From contig JAUFOQ010000005.1 of assembly GCA_040285855.1 (NCBI GenBank), positions 682,001-746,000 on the forward strand: DNA of 64,000 nt, written 5' to 3'. Position numbers and translations under genes: made by a program. Positions 1 to 12,834 of this stretch are shown here, in pieces. The stretch is from Eukaryota sp. GEM-RC1 (lineage: Eukaryota). Within the stretch, counting starts at the first letter, position 1, and every line of letters starts with the position of its first letter. A model generated the notes under the pieces. It did no database searches. It saw only the letters and a list, made by a program, of their open reading frames with translations, and was not told the origin of the DNA.

Positions 1-715
1 TTGACTGCTCACAATCCACTATTGCTGTTCGGGGCTCACAGTCGGTTACAGTTCTCAAATCCGGCCACGAGAAGTTACGAGTTACTGCCTTAATGGCAGA
101 CAAAGCTGATGGGACTAAAATTAAGCCAACGCTGTTCTTGAATAGAAAGGGATCAGCTCAAATAATTGAAAATGCTGACTGTTATATTGTCTATTGTGAA
201 AAAGTTGGACCAATAGCCAAGTGTTCATCATGTGGTTGGATTTTGTTTTTACCTCAGCTGAACTGAGGGACGCTCTTTTGTATCTGACAGTGCTCCAGGC
301 CACAAATCATTGAAGTCAAAGAGTTTCTTACAAAGAAAGAATTCAAAATTTGTAATTCTTCCAGGAACTACTGGATTGCTACAACCAGCAGATGTAGTTT
401 GGTTTGGTCCTTTCAAACAATTGTTGAGGACAAAAATTAAGAACTGGTTGTACACTGACTGTCAATGTACTGCACAAGGTAACATCCACAAGCCAAAAAG
501 ACCAGGAGTTGATCAGTTGGGTATCTGAATCTTGGCAGCAAGTTCCTGAATCATTAATTCGGAAATCCTTTGATATATGCTATTTTGTGCCTGTTGAAGA
601 ATTGTTTTTCGTGAAGCATTTAGAAAACGGTAGAAGATTTCTAGAGGTTTTATCAGAGACTCCTGAAGCAGTGATTGTGGAAAACATTGATGAAAATACA
701 GAAGATCTCTTCTAG
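1..715 (+). pseudogene. pogo/Tigger-family DDE-1 transposase, fragmented; 5' end outside the window
   Basis: Motifs across frames: SGHEKLRVTA..ADGTKIKP, DSAPGHKS, GTTGLLQPADVVWFGPFK, WVSESWQQVPESLIRKSF. Confidence 0.85.
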
Positions 716-1972
716 ATACAAGTGTCATCTCATCATTTAATTTTCTTTTAGCATTCTGTGTAGTATTTTGTTCAATGAATTCATTTTGGTTGATTAACTT
801 TTACACACTGACGTTAGACTAGTTTCATTGAATGATTTGATCACAGTTGAGGAGTTGTTTGAGATGAGCAGTGTACTACCAGTACCAGTACTGTTCATGA
901 GTAACAACTGCAGTGTCGTTAAGAGTTGAAACGGATCCACAATCAGATCGCTGAAAAATCTTCTGCTGACAATTTCTCACTCTGACTTTCTCAGTCTTCA
1001 GAATGTTTCAAATGACTCTTTTCAGTTGATTCTACAACACAAAGTTCTCAGAGAGGAGTTTCTGAACATCTTGGTTCTGATTCTTCCTTCCACAGCATGA
1101 TGTAGCCATATATAGACGAATCAAGTATTGGCATTATACATAATGCTAGCTTTTTCATCGTAACGTCATATGAATACAGTCTTCATTTGTGAAAAGATGT
1201 CAACTTGGAGCCGTGTTCTTGTACTTCTGATGCTATTGGATATGATCACCTTCAGTACAACGTTGTACAGTAAGTTCACATTTTTGTTCTACTGGTAGAA
1301 TGTATGTCATTAGATGCTATAGAAACTTGAGATGTTTTTTGATTTATACATATTCCTAACATTACACCAACATCGAAATAAAACAGTAAAACACATAGAC
1401 TAGGACGATGATGTAAAAGTGAAGAACCGGACAGAGTTCATTCGATACAGGTAAGAGAGATGATTTCCATGGATGCCATGTATTTGGGTTCAAGAATCAA
1501 GGCACCGCAAAGAATCTACTGTTTTGTTGACCGAAGACAGAATGTTTCAACAGTACAACGTGGAATTTGTTGAGTCCGAAACGTCGAAGATCATGTAAAG
1601 AATACCACAGAAATATAGTTCTTGGACAGTCAAATACGGGGAAAATATTGGTTTCCCACCATGAAATCCCATGATGCACTTGTAGAACACAACGGAAGGA
1701 CAAAAGTCAAGTCGGGAAGTGCTCAACAAGAAGTCATGATCTCTAATGATGTGTTTTCGAGCAACTTGAAGCAGAAAGACAAGATAAGACAGTTCTGAAG
1801 TACATCAGCGTAAGAAGACATGGCGATGTACGAAATGAGGAGAGAGGAAGGGGAGGAGTGGTAGGTCAAAATTGCAAAAGAAGAAAGTGGACGGTCAAAA
1901 ATGTAGACGTGAAGGTCATAAAGAATTCAAATTTGAAAATTCACTGGGTCAAAAACACATGAAATTTTAGAG

Positions 1973-2059
1973 AAATATTGCAAATATTTTTGATCGAAGG
2001 GGGTGGCCTTCTATTAGATGTGGATTTGGGGGTGGCGTTGTATTAGATGTTTTAGAGTA
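1973..2059 (-). repeat. pogo-like transposon terminal repeat, copy 1
   Basis: Minus strand reads TACTCTAAAACATCTAATACAACGCCACCCCC and has an internal duplication; near-identical to 3728-3813. Confidence 0.65.
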
Positions 2060-2064
2060 ACTTA

Positions 2065-3698
2065 ATGCCATCTCCTTCAAGTTGTCAGAAGTCCAAACAC
2101 TTTAGAGATGATCCTTTTACTGTAATGGTAGTCGACAACACCGACCGAAGATTTTGTATTCACTGTCAAAGCAGCTTCTCTTTATCTACTAGTTCTTCGA
2201 TTCTATCAAAACATCTTGCAAACCTCCACAACATCTATGTGGGTGATCGTATTCCTCCTTCTCTTGAAACTCAGTCGATCTTGCCATTTGCGTCCCTTCA
2301 TTCACCTATTCAGCAAAAACTAACTAAGGCACAACAGTCCTTTCTTCGTGTACTTATTAATGAATACATCATTGATGGATGTCATCCGTTTTCAGAACTG
2401 GAACGTCCTTCGGTCAGAAAAATAATTAATTGGTTGTGTCCCCACTATGAAGAAATTGGCCGAAACACTGTCCAACGAGATATAGTTTTGCTATATAAGG
2501 AAAAACCAGAAAGTATTGGAAAGGAACTAGAAGTTATGACTGACAACTCTTTACTCAACTTCACTTTGGATATTTGGACCAGCAGAAGTGGTACTCCACT
2601 CTTTTCTTGGGAGTTACTGTGCATTACATCGATCAGAATTTTGGGCTCAAAACTAAGACCCTTGATTGTGGGTTAATTAAACATCCACATACTGCCGTCA
2701 ATGTTGCTGAGCAGTTTAAAAACGTTCTAGAACATTTCAAATTTGAGAAATAAGTTTTTTCTGTAACTTCAGACAATGCCTCAAACATTGATTTAACAAA
2801 ATTTGTGGACTTTTTGGGTACACCTGGTAATGTTTATCATAGAAGATGTTTGGCGCATGGTCTTCACCTTGCCCTCAACCAATCATTCAGAAGTACTCCC
2901 AATTTTCTTGAAGATAAGGGTTGTTTTTTCGTCAAAAAAATTGGAGAATTTTGTGTCAGATCACACAGAAGCTCAGACTTGAGGGAACGTATTTCTGATA
3001 GATGCAAGTTGGAAGGACTTGAAACCACCTCCATGATTGTTGATGTTTCAACAAGATGGAATTCGTCCTTCATGATGCTAGAACGGTACAGCCAATTGAT
3101 AGACATTGTAGATCATATGATTTTCAATGACAGCAAGTTGAAGCATTTGAAACTCACTATTTCTGAAAGAGAAGATCTTCATCAGATGTTGATCTTGTTA
3201 TCTGATTTCTATGAGTTAACTGAAATTTGTTCTTCAAGATCCGTTAATGTGTCCGTAGGTTTAACTTTGTTCAATTTATTATGGGAAAAGCTTAAAGTAT
3301 TTTGCGATCCTGTAGAAGGACGTGAATCTGGTTTTATTTCTGCCGTATCATCAAAAGTGTTGGAAAAGTTTACGGAGTATATCAGTGGACGTCGAAGTGA
3401 CAGAAGTGTGTTCGATTTTGCAGGATATGTCGGTCTTGTGTTGGATCCTAGATTCAAAAACAATCAGAACTTCCTACCAAGTTGTTACATTGAGAATGAA
3501 GAGATGCTGAAGGGTTCAATGAGGGAGTTTATTGAGTCCAAAGTGGGAAGTCTTGCAGTAAGTACAGAAGAATCGCAGAACAACCCTCAAGGAAAATCTC
3601 TAATGAAAGAGCTTGCAAGAAAACAAATATGTGTTCGTAACGAAGAACAATCAACTGAGTTAGATGAAAAAATAGTAGGTAATATGAAAAATAAATAA
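2065..3698 (+). pseudogene. hAT (ZBED/Ac-like) transposase, frameshifted, lacking the C-terminal dimerisation domain
   Basis: BED finger CIHC..HL..H, TLDIWTS, VTSDNASN, RCLAHGLHL, DVSTRWNSSF, LDPRFK. Confidence 0.9.
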
Positions 3699-3727
3699 AT
3701 AAATAAATAATAAATTTGCAATATGAA

Positions 3728-3813
3728 AAATATTGCAAATATTTTTGATCGAAGGGGTGGCCTTCTATTAGATGTGGTTTTTGGGGTGGCGTTGTATTAG
3801 ATGTTTTAGAGTA
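3728..3813 (-). repeat. pogo-like transposon terminal repeat, copy 2 (direct repeat of 1973-2059)
   Basis: About 86 bp near-identical to copy 1, ending GTTTTAGAGTA. Confidence 0.65.
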
Positions 3814-5319
3814 TTTGAGTATTTGTATTTTGTTCAACCCTTGTATTTTCCAGGTATGGTTTCTACCGTTTGCAATGTCCATAGAAAATAACATTGGTCC
3901 AGCTACACAAGGTTTTGTAACCTCCTTTGGTACATCGTGTTCTCCATACAGTAAGGTTTTCAATAAATATTCGTTGTTATTCAGGTTAACGTATGCAATG
4001 TTTTGTTCAATGCACAGATAGTTCAATTGAGTTTTAGCTAATTGGTTTGGTAAAGGACATAAAGATCATAGTTTAGATACTTATTAAGCATCTCCTAGGT
4101 ATATTGCTTTTACAAAAACAATGGTTTTATTGATTGATCAAAAACTCTGGTTTTTTCTTAAGATGGGGCTATAAGTTATGTATTGTAACCTGGAAACTGA
4201 AATAGAAGTAGAGTCTAAAAACTTGTAATAACAATAACTAGGGATGGGCAAAACTCCACTCGAGGTCTAATACATACTCCATTTCACTGAGTTGGAGTGA
4301 AACTTGTGATTTCATCAGTATTTTTGAGTAAGCTGTACGTCGTGTACAATAGTTTCACCGCTGTAGAGTAACACCTATATGCTTTGTCACTAGAAACAAG
4401 GTGTACATAAAGGAAAGTCTAACAAGATGTTTATCCTATTTACTAAACTAAAGCTACCATGATTTAAGACAAAGCAGTACTTCCACAACTTCATCAGAGA
4501 GACGATTTCTATTTCTTGTTTTGCTGAGCGTACGTCCACTTGCAGAAATACATCGTTTTGATGTAACTGATGATACCTGTACAGCAAGGAACTGACGAGC
4601 TATGGAAGAAAGGACATGATAATCATCTAGTCCGTGTTTCCACCATTTTGAAGGACTAGAAGTAAGGGGTTTTGTGGAATTAGTTCAAATGAGTCACGAT
4701 CGCAAATCTCTCTTCATGTTGATCCACCAGATGTGAAACAGACAAATGGAGAGCGCATTGGGGTACAGGTTCAATATCAACGACTTGGCCTTCAACGTTT
4801 GCAGGTTCTGCAGGTTGAATTCTACTAATTCAATATCGAGAGAGTGTTGATGCGAAATAAAATAGTCTTTGAACTGCTCTCTGAAGTTTTCAGCATTCAA
4901 CTTCAATGGCATAAGTTGAAATTTAGAAGTGATGAAATGAGCAGTGAGAGAAATAAAGTGGGTATTATTTGGTGAGGTCCAACTGTCCGTTATATAGCAT
5001 ACAGACTAAGTGGATAAGAGCTCAGTTAGTTTCGTTCGTAGTAAAGCATATTCGTTTTTTAACGTATTGGTGAGAACTTTGCGAGACCACAATGCAAAAT
5101 TCTTTCTTAATAAGGACCCGAAGAATCTTAAGCATAAGGTCCGAGTCAACTGAATACAGAGGTTGATTTGTTCCAACAACGTATTGTGTTGTTTGTCGTT
5201 CGTTGAGTTTGATTGGTTCTGGAACCATGCCAAAATCGTAAAGAACCTTCTAATCAGCATCATCTCGGACGACTCATTTCCTGATTGAGATAATTGGACA
5301 TCAGGGTTGAATGTCTTCA

Positions 5320-6315
5320 TCTACAGGGCCGATTTCTGTGATTCTTTGTGGACCAAACTTCCAAATACCAACTTTTTCCCAGCAATTTCTTATGGTTACA
5401 TCAGTCACATTAGCCGACGCTTCAGCACATCAATTCATTACATCTAAAACTGTCACTTTTTCAGCAGCTTTGTGGCTATTAATAAATGCATTGTCTTCCG
5501 CGACTTTGACAGTGATTGTCAAATTGAGAGCACAGTTCTTGGAAATTGTATGTGTGTACCCATGCACTGGCATTGTGACGATATGTGAATGGTAACTCGT
5601 CCCGATCGACGTCCTTCATACATCGTGGATTTTTATAACGGCCGATAATATATAGCGGCAATTTCCCAGTTTCCGTCATATTGGAGCATAACACAACTGT
5701 TATCTTTGGCTGTTTTATGGCCCAGTAGTTTCTTGTTGGTGTTGGATCGACTTGGTTGTATTCGATAGTAAAATTCAGTTTCGTCTAGGTTCAAAATAAA
5801 TTCTTCACTAAATTGTTCCATCAAGTCATCAACAGAGTCCAAAAAATTGTTGGACCCTGTCTTATTAGCAGAAGCAGCTTCTCGGCTTATTCTTAAGGTT
5901 TGAATATTGTATCTTTTCTTCAGTTTCTCCAACCAGCCACTGGTCAATTTCAGTTGTTCATCAGAAATGTTAAAATTGAAGCGTTGTTGTTGTTGTTGCG
6001 TTGGAAACAACAACATCGTCAGTCATTACAATTCGGTCTTGAAATGCCATCAACCATTCATATAAAGAAGCGTCAAACGCTGGAAATTTCACTGGGCTGA
6101 TACGCTTGCTAAAATCACTCCAAGAGAAAAGAGAAATCGTCACGTAAGTGATCACAGGATTTAAGAATCTTACGAACAGTTGTTCGATGTAGTTTGAAGC
6201 CATTGGTGTCAAGTACTCATTGAATCAGTTTATTAGTAGTAGGGTTTGGTTCTTGAGCAGCATACAAGCAAAGTGATCGCTTCTGTTGAAGAGTTAAAGA
6301 GCTGTTTTCTGTCAT
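5320..6315 (-). pseudogene. Tigger/pogo transposase (CENP-B HTH + DDE-1), degraded
   Basis: LTLQQKRSLC, SGWLEKLKKRYNI, ILNLDETEFYYR, KLPLYIIGRYKNPRC, YRHNASAW, TIRNCWEK; stops and frameshifts. Confidence 0.85.
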
Positions 6316-6939
6316 ATGACAGAGATGAAGAATGCAGGCAAAATCTATGTGAACAAAGTTTATGTATATAGGTGAAGTATAACAAAACAAAACACTACTT
6401 AAGCATTACACAAGGATCTCATGAAGGATAGAGAAGACATAGATGTCTACGGTTGGCAAAAGACTCGATGATATGGGTTGTTTGTGACACAAACAAAACC
6501 TACACATATGAAGAGGTTGTCATATGTGGAAGCTGATGCAACAGATGAACGTGGTGTTTAGTTTGGGGGGAAGTGATCTAACAAAGGTTCAAATACAACT
6601 CAGCAACCATCAAAGGGAACATGGGATACCATATGTGGAAGCTGAATCAACAGCTGTACGCTGTGTGTATTTGGAGAAAAAAGTGATCAAATAAAACCTT
6701 CACTGTGACTCTATGGTGTATATGGATAAACAATATCAAGGTAGCCGTGTTCACAAGTGATCACAAAGTTCAAGATTTTTGGGACGAATTTCTCTCAAAA
6801 TGCGTAAAAGGCGTCAAAATGCGCACATTTCTGAAAATTGATAACACTGGAAATTATACTACTACATGTAGTAGTAGAGGTTTGACTGTAGTAGAACTAC
6901 TTTACCAACACTGCATTGTGAAGTCCACATCAGATCCTT

Positions 6940-8230
6940 CCAGGAACTGTCAAAAATATATTGCAATGTATTGCAGGGCCAAAAAGATTTGCAATACAGT
7001 ATTGCAATACTGCGATATATTGCAATAATTGGTAGCAATATAAATATTGTTGATGAGATTATTTATTGTCTAGATTCCACCGATAAACCATAAGAACATC
7101 ATGAAGTGATATCGAAGTTGATCAGTTTCTGATTAACCGTCTTGAGAACCAAACTAATATCACTCTCTATTTACAGAGAGATATAGTTGATTGGCAAGTC
7201 TTCGATTAGATAAGTAGTGTTTTGACAACCCTTGCGCCATTCGAGCTCTACTGAACAGTCGTTCTACAACATTTTCATGTTGCTGGGAAGAAATTTAATT
7301 TAATTTTTTTATTCGAGTTAAGACATTTTGAACAGAGGAAACAGGTCCAGGCCGTTCAGCAATTTGTTCGACATCATTATCATCACTACTCACGGCATTT
7401 ACTATCACAGAATTACATTGATTGAGTTGAGTTCCGGGAGGTAATTGAATAGTAGGCTTTTGTCATCTGTTTTCGAACGGGTCTAGAAGGAAACGTCATG
7501 TAAGATGATGTGATGAATAATATTAGGTTTACATTTGTTAGTCAGAACTAGACAGATGCTACTTGTAGTATGAACTTCCAATTGTACACAAACCAAACAC
7601 CAGAGTAGTAAGTTGCAAAAGAACTTTCAAGTAACAGAAAAACATTGGTCTAAAAATATTGTTCAAAACCAGAATTATTGCAACATATTGCAATACAAAA
7701 TGAGGCTGCAATACAGTATTGCAATACACAATACACAATATTGCAGCGTTATGTGCCATAATGCCATACGGCCATGCGACCATACGTGCCATACGGATGT
7801 ACCCGTATGACATTTTCTGCCATAAAGATGGTTAATTATCTGTGATATGTCTATACTCATAAGTTACAACTAAATCCATACAAATGTAATCCAATCATCC
7901 GATATCATTCAATAAAAGTTTCCAGTACAGTAGCTAAGATCTGGAGGTGATCTAATTCGTTTAGAGCAAGACAATTGATCATGAAAGAATGTATATTGAT
8001 GTCTTCTGTCTGAAAAGACTCTGATTTATCAAGATGTATCATATTTAGATGTTGAATAAAAGTGTACAATTTGGTGTTGGGTTAACACATATCTCATTAA
8101 AACACTTCAAAAACACGCCAGACAGGCCATACGCAAATGGTCCGCATGGCAGTCGAAAAATTGCATTATGGCGTAACGCTGGAATATTGCAATAATTGCA
8201 AAAGTGCACTATATTTTTGAGAGTCCCTAG
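6940..8230 (-). mobile_element. Non-autonomous hAT element with TATTGCAATA subterminal repeats
   Basis: Imperfect TIRs CCAGGAACTGTCAAAAATATATTGCA / CTAGGGACTCTCAAAAATATAGTGCA; TSD AGATCCTT/AAATCCTT; minus-strand remnants FLLDP and VERLFSRAR. Confidence 0.75.
7744..8181. mobile_element. hAT-type MITE nested in the 6940-8230 element
   Basis: TIRs CAGCGTTATGTGCCATAATGC / CAGCGTTACGCCATAATGC; TSD CAATATTG/GAATATTG; CCATACG subterminal motifs. Confidence 0.75.
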
Positions 8231-8283
8231 AAATCCTTCTCTCCTTCTATAAAGTTTCTCCTCTCTCATTCTTCCCCTTAATT

Positions 8284-9153
8284 ATGACCGATGTCTTCAT
8301 CTATGTAGATGCAGACAATATTGGCAAACAAAGTCCTACCAAGTTTTTACATGCTCTGAAAGACACTTTTGGACTCCACTCTCAAATTAAAGTCTTCCTA
8401 ACAAAGTGCAGTGTAGCACCAAACCCAGCCCTTTGTAAAGCTTGTGATCTACATGACGTTGAGTTGATTTTAGTCCCCAAGAAGCCGAATTTAAAGGAAT
8501 CTGCTGACATCCAAATGTATGCCACTATATATGCTGATTTATTGGAATATGAAGATGAGAAGGAAAGGAAAACAGTGACTGTTGTGCTTGCTAGTGGTGA
8601 TTCTGACTTCTACACTGTTGCTTGGGATCTCAAGTTCTTCGTAAATGTAGTTGTGTGTGGACGAGCAGATGCTCATCCACTGTTGAAAGAAGTTGCCAAT
8701 TACATCACTTACGAGATGTTGGTTGGAGAGGACACTCTGCTACCTTTAAGTGTGGCGAAGACTTTCATATCAGATGCTTTACAAAAACCCCATGTCCCTC
8801 CTCTCTTAACTGTCCGTCTACTGGAGACATGTCTTCTAAATGCTCATTTCCGATATTCCCCTTTACTTTTCGGACCGCCACAATGTTTTACAACTGCTGA
8901 ACTGTTAGAGAGACTGAAAGTTCGTATTGACCATCCTACATATGTTCGTAATATTCTTGCTCAGTTAGACTCTATCGAATTGCCAACCGTGAATGAAGAT
9001 GAAAATCCAATATTCAAACAATTTATTCAGTCAAAATCTCATGATCCGACAAGAAATATCACTCAAAGACCTGCTTCTCTTCAGTCACTTTCCTCAGAAG
9101 AACAATCACAGATTCCGAGTTTTTTGCCCATTCATATATTTACATCTCAATAA
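8284..9153 (+). CDS. NYN-domain (LabA/DUF88, PIN-like) putative ribonuclease with C-terminal OST-HTH/LOTUS-like region
   Basis: Intact 289-aa ORF with IYVDADNI, KESADIQM, VVLASGDSDFY and VVVCG motifs. Confidence 0.85.
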   Translation: MTDVFIYVDADNIGKQSPTKFLHALKDTFGLHSQIKVFLTKCSVAPNPALCKACDLHDVELILVPKKPNLKESADIQMYATIYADLLEYEDEKERKTVTVVLASGDSDFYTVAWDLKFFVNVVVCGRADAHPLLKEVANYITYEMLVGEDTLLPLSVAKTFISDALQKPHVPPLLTVRLLETCLLNAHFRYSPLLFGPPQCFTTAELLERLKVRIDHPTYVRNILAQLDSIELPTVNEDENPIFKQFIQSKSHDPTRNITQRPASLQSLSSEEQSQIPSFLPIHIFTSQ

Positions 9154-9734
9154 AACAACCCACAGAATCCCAATTCGAAAACTAATACTAAGTTATAAAT
9201 ACATGTATATATTCTTTTAACCTTTAATCGGAGTATTTGCATTGTATTTGCATTGACTTATCGAATGTTGTTGTTTGTTAGATTGTATTTAGACCATCTA
9301 TGTATCTCACTGTGTTTTCCTTGATTTTTCATGCGTTCCTTTAATTGAAACTATTATGATCTTTTAGAAGAAGAACACTTTATAGATGAAAATGACAAAA
9401 ATCTGTATTAAAATATTATCTATGAAATTAGTGATGCGGAATAAATAATTTAAGGACAAATGTTAAACATACTCATTTCCCAAATCAATAATTCACACAT
9501 ACTCAAATTGAAGTGAAAGTTCATGAACATTTTGCACCCAAATAACTCTCTTACAAGGAGCTACCTTTGCGGATCAGAGATCTGATTAATTAGATTAAAT
9601 TGTAGTCAATTGCTCCTGTTGGATAAATAAGTTAGTGTCTGTTATTTGATATTTTTTCGTAAAAGCGTTTATGTATTTCACTGATTGGTCATAAATATTT
9701 GTTGTCTCCACAATGTAGAGACAACAAAGCCAAG

Positions 9735-10625
9735 ACTAATTGTTTATCGGAGTCGACTATTGAGTACCGACAGTAACTATAGCCCACTCATTGAAATTCA
9801 TTTGTCTATAAAACGGGCAAAATGCAGGACATTTTTATAACAAGAAACAAGAAAAGTTATTAGTGTATCATCACAAACACAGTCTATACGTACTGAAGTG
9901 GCTATAACACAAATTCATCACCAAGAAAGATGCTCCATGACTGCAAACATGCAGATGCTCTAATATTATCGTCACTCAAAGAAGAACGCTTCCTTGAAAC
10001 TGTATCACCTGTTTTTGAGAAGAGGCGCTCACATGGTACTGAGGTCGCCTGAATTGCGAAAAATTCTTCAGCCAAATCACTGAGAATTGGATAGCGGCAT
10101 TTACTTTGGTGCCACCAAAGAACCGGATTGGTGTTTATGACGGCCAGTGGATCACTTAAGTATTGGGAAAATTCATCGCTACATGGAATTGGAATTGGAA
10201 GAAATGGTGCTGGTTTTGGTTCATCTAGGTTAACTTCTTGAACAGAGTAACCAGAATTGTTTATTTAACCACAAAGACGAAAGTCAATTGGTGTTGTTTT
10301 GTTGCTCACTGCAAGCTTTAACAAGGGAAAGAGATTTATATAGAAGAAGACCCAGCTAATTATAGATGTGATGATCCACGTCATCATACATCATCAGTAT
10401 CAACAGTTTCAGTATTCTTCTTTGTACCATTTAATGGAAGACACATTGTAATATCTATAAACCACATGTAGGGTAATTTGATGCAATGTAATAAATGACT
10501 TGAGCCGACTCGACTCAGCTCAGACATTGTTTAAGTCGACTCGACTGGACATGAGAAAGAGATGAGTCGACTCGACTGATGCAGCGGAGTCGACATCGAC
10601 TATTTGAGTCGATTGCACAGGTCTA
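9735..10625 (-). mobile_element. Non-autonomous hAT element (GAGTCGACTC family), one end truncated
   Basis: Inverted homologue of 32274-33181; ends TGCACAGGTCTA; hAT dimerisation-domain remnant (LAEEFFAIQATSVPCERLFS). Confidence 0.85.
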
Positions 10626-10651
10626 CTCTACACTGTAAATCTTTCAGCATA

Positions 10652-10715
10652 CAGTCAACTCTCGATAAGTCGTACGACTAGGGATTCCACTTTGTGTTCG
10701 AGTTGTCGAATGTTG
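10652..10715 (+). repeat. Isolated pogo/Tigger-like terminal sequence
   Basis: TA|CAGTCAACTCTCGATAAGTCG; no partner end found. Confidence 0.45.
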
Positions 10716-11155
10716 CGCCGGATTCTTAATATGATGATCAACGATTGTTGAATTGTGTTAGAAATAACCTTCGTTGTTTTTGTTAACTTTAATTACCAGC
10801 TAAACATGGGAATGAACTCAAATGATTCTAAATACATCTACACTATGACCATTTCTACACTCAAATCATGTTCTTCGTCTTTCATGTTAAACCACTTATA
10901 TAATGTTGTTTCTTCAAGACTTCTAAAAACAAGTTCATCACATTTGTTCTTCCAACAGTCTTAAGACTGCCAAATTTTGTATTGAAATGTCTCAACTGCT
11001 ATGCAGTATAATCAATTAGTGGGTATTAGTAGAATTTTAGAAATAAGGTGAAATTGCAACAATAAATTAATACATACTAATTCAGAAAATCAATGAAGTT
11101 AAATTCTGTAAATTGAGACGAGTATCATCCCCAAACAAGTTGGAATAAATAGAAC

Positions 11156-11800
11156 TTAAATACTTGGGAATGCTTCTTTAAAAAGCAAACATACTTCTAT
11201 TAATCCATACAGCACTATTAAAAACCGTGCATTAGAACGACATAAAAGACTAAATTCGTTGAAAAATTTAAAATCGTCTGGGCCAATATTACCGAAAATT
11301 GAAATTGCAAATGGAACAAATAATACCTTAGAATATAGATTTTCATTAAGCTTCTGCAAAGCATCCGCATAATTTGAACACTTTCGCTGTTCAGCCTTTT
11401 CCAGATGACCTTTCGAATCATTCAGTATGGAGTCTTGGTAGACTTTTGCAAACGGGTCAACTGTAGTAAAATCAAGCACAACTTGAGATGAATCCAGGAA
11501 AGAAGCAATTAAGTCACCATGCCGAGAATCAAACACGTTATTGTCACTATAATGTTTCAGAAGAGGTTCAATTTTACAACTATAATTATAGAATTTGAAC
11601 ATTTCATAAGTAACATCACGAACAGCGTTATGAAGAACAGAACTAAACCTGAACCATTAAAAACATTGGCATTTGAAGGGCAAAAAGACTTAAATCACTG
11701 AAAAATTTGAAACCTGCTGAAATTTATTACCAAAATATTGAGAAATTTACCTAAACAAAGTTTATCAAACCTGAGTTCTAAAAACAAAGTTTTTGTTGGA
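11156..11800 (-). pseudogene. 3' fragment of a CRE-like non-LTR retrotransposon (restriction-like endonuclease domain)
   Basis: LHNAVRD, RHGDL, LDFTTVDP, AEQRKCSNY, FVPFAISIFGNIG. Confidence 0.7.
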
Positions 11801-11846
11801 GTTTTGCCCCCAAACAAAATTTCCAAATCTCTTGTAGTGTTTGTAG

Positions 11847-11927
11847 TAGGGTTGCACAAGAGACGTCACACACTGCTCCGTGACGGACTCGTCGCGTCAC
11901 GTTACAGTGACATCTGGTGCAACCCTA
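11847..11927. mobile_element. 81-bp hAT-type mini-MITE
   Basis: Perfect 11-bp TIR TAGGGTTGCAC; TSD GTTTGTAG/GTTTGTTG; internal GTCAC/GTGAC motifs. Confidence 0.8.
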
Positions 11928-12834
11928 GTTTGTTGTGTTTCCGTATCGGCCATAAAGTTCAAAATGCAACAAATCTTGTATCACCTTTTCTAGAGAGACA
12001 CACATTGAGTTCACACCACCTTACAACTTGCTTCTTTCTCTTTCAGTTCTAACATTGGAGAAAGTTCGGGAAGTCTTGGGTTTTACCTATGGTCCTTACA
12101 GAAATTGCACGTGAGTTCCTTCAACACATATGAAAGGTTTGCATTATCTAAAACCTTGAAAACTGGGCTTGAGACCAATAAAACACCTGAGGAAAGTTCC
12201 TTCATCGCAAAACTCAATTGAGTAGCTTCCTTCCAAGAAGTAATTGCTCCATACGATTCAGCCTTCGTACCGAAGTTCAAAGATTGTGCGGTTTTCTACA
12301 TCGAATCTGCCTTTTTCCACGTTAAATTCAAATCGCTTGTTTTCTGCAATCTACTGGGCGAAATGATTTACTCTCGGCGAAAATCTTCGTGAAGAACAAA
12401 GCCTGCAACTTTAGCTGGAAAGGACTCTTTAGGGGGGCGAGACATCGTTTAGAGTGAGGAGTATATGTTTTTACGAGATGATGATCATCCACTGATTCAC
12501 AAGCAGCATAAAGCAGCTTTAAGCTTCAATCTGTTGCTGAAAGTAACGATCTTTCTGAAGACAAAGGCACTGGGACTTGTCAGAAGATTGAGGGTGATTT
12601 GCATCAAATGATGATCTTGTCAAGTCAAGGTTTTGAGAATCTTTGTTTAATATAAGAGTTGAGGAGCGAGTGTAGATGTGTTGTTGCATTGTAGTAGAGT
12701 ACTGTTGTTATAGAGAATGAATAAATGTAAGTTTGGAAGGCATCTGGACAATTAGGGTGAAGAAAAAGTTGTCAACTAGAAGCTACATTGTACATGTACA
12801 GATTATTAGAAGTTTTCTTCTGTTCTGACTGTCT

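Noticed and set aside
6520..6690. Two degenerate direct repeats starting CATATGTGGAAGCTGA
   Set aside because: Only two diverged copies with no ORF or structure to interpret
12083..12450. Possible transposase remnant
   Set aside because: Too degraded; no diagnostic motif
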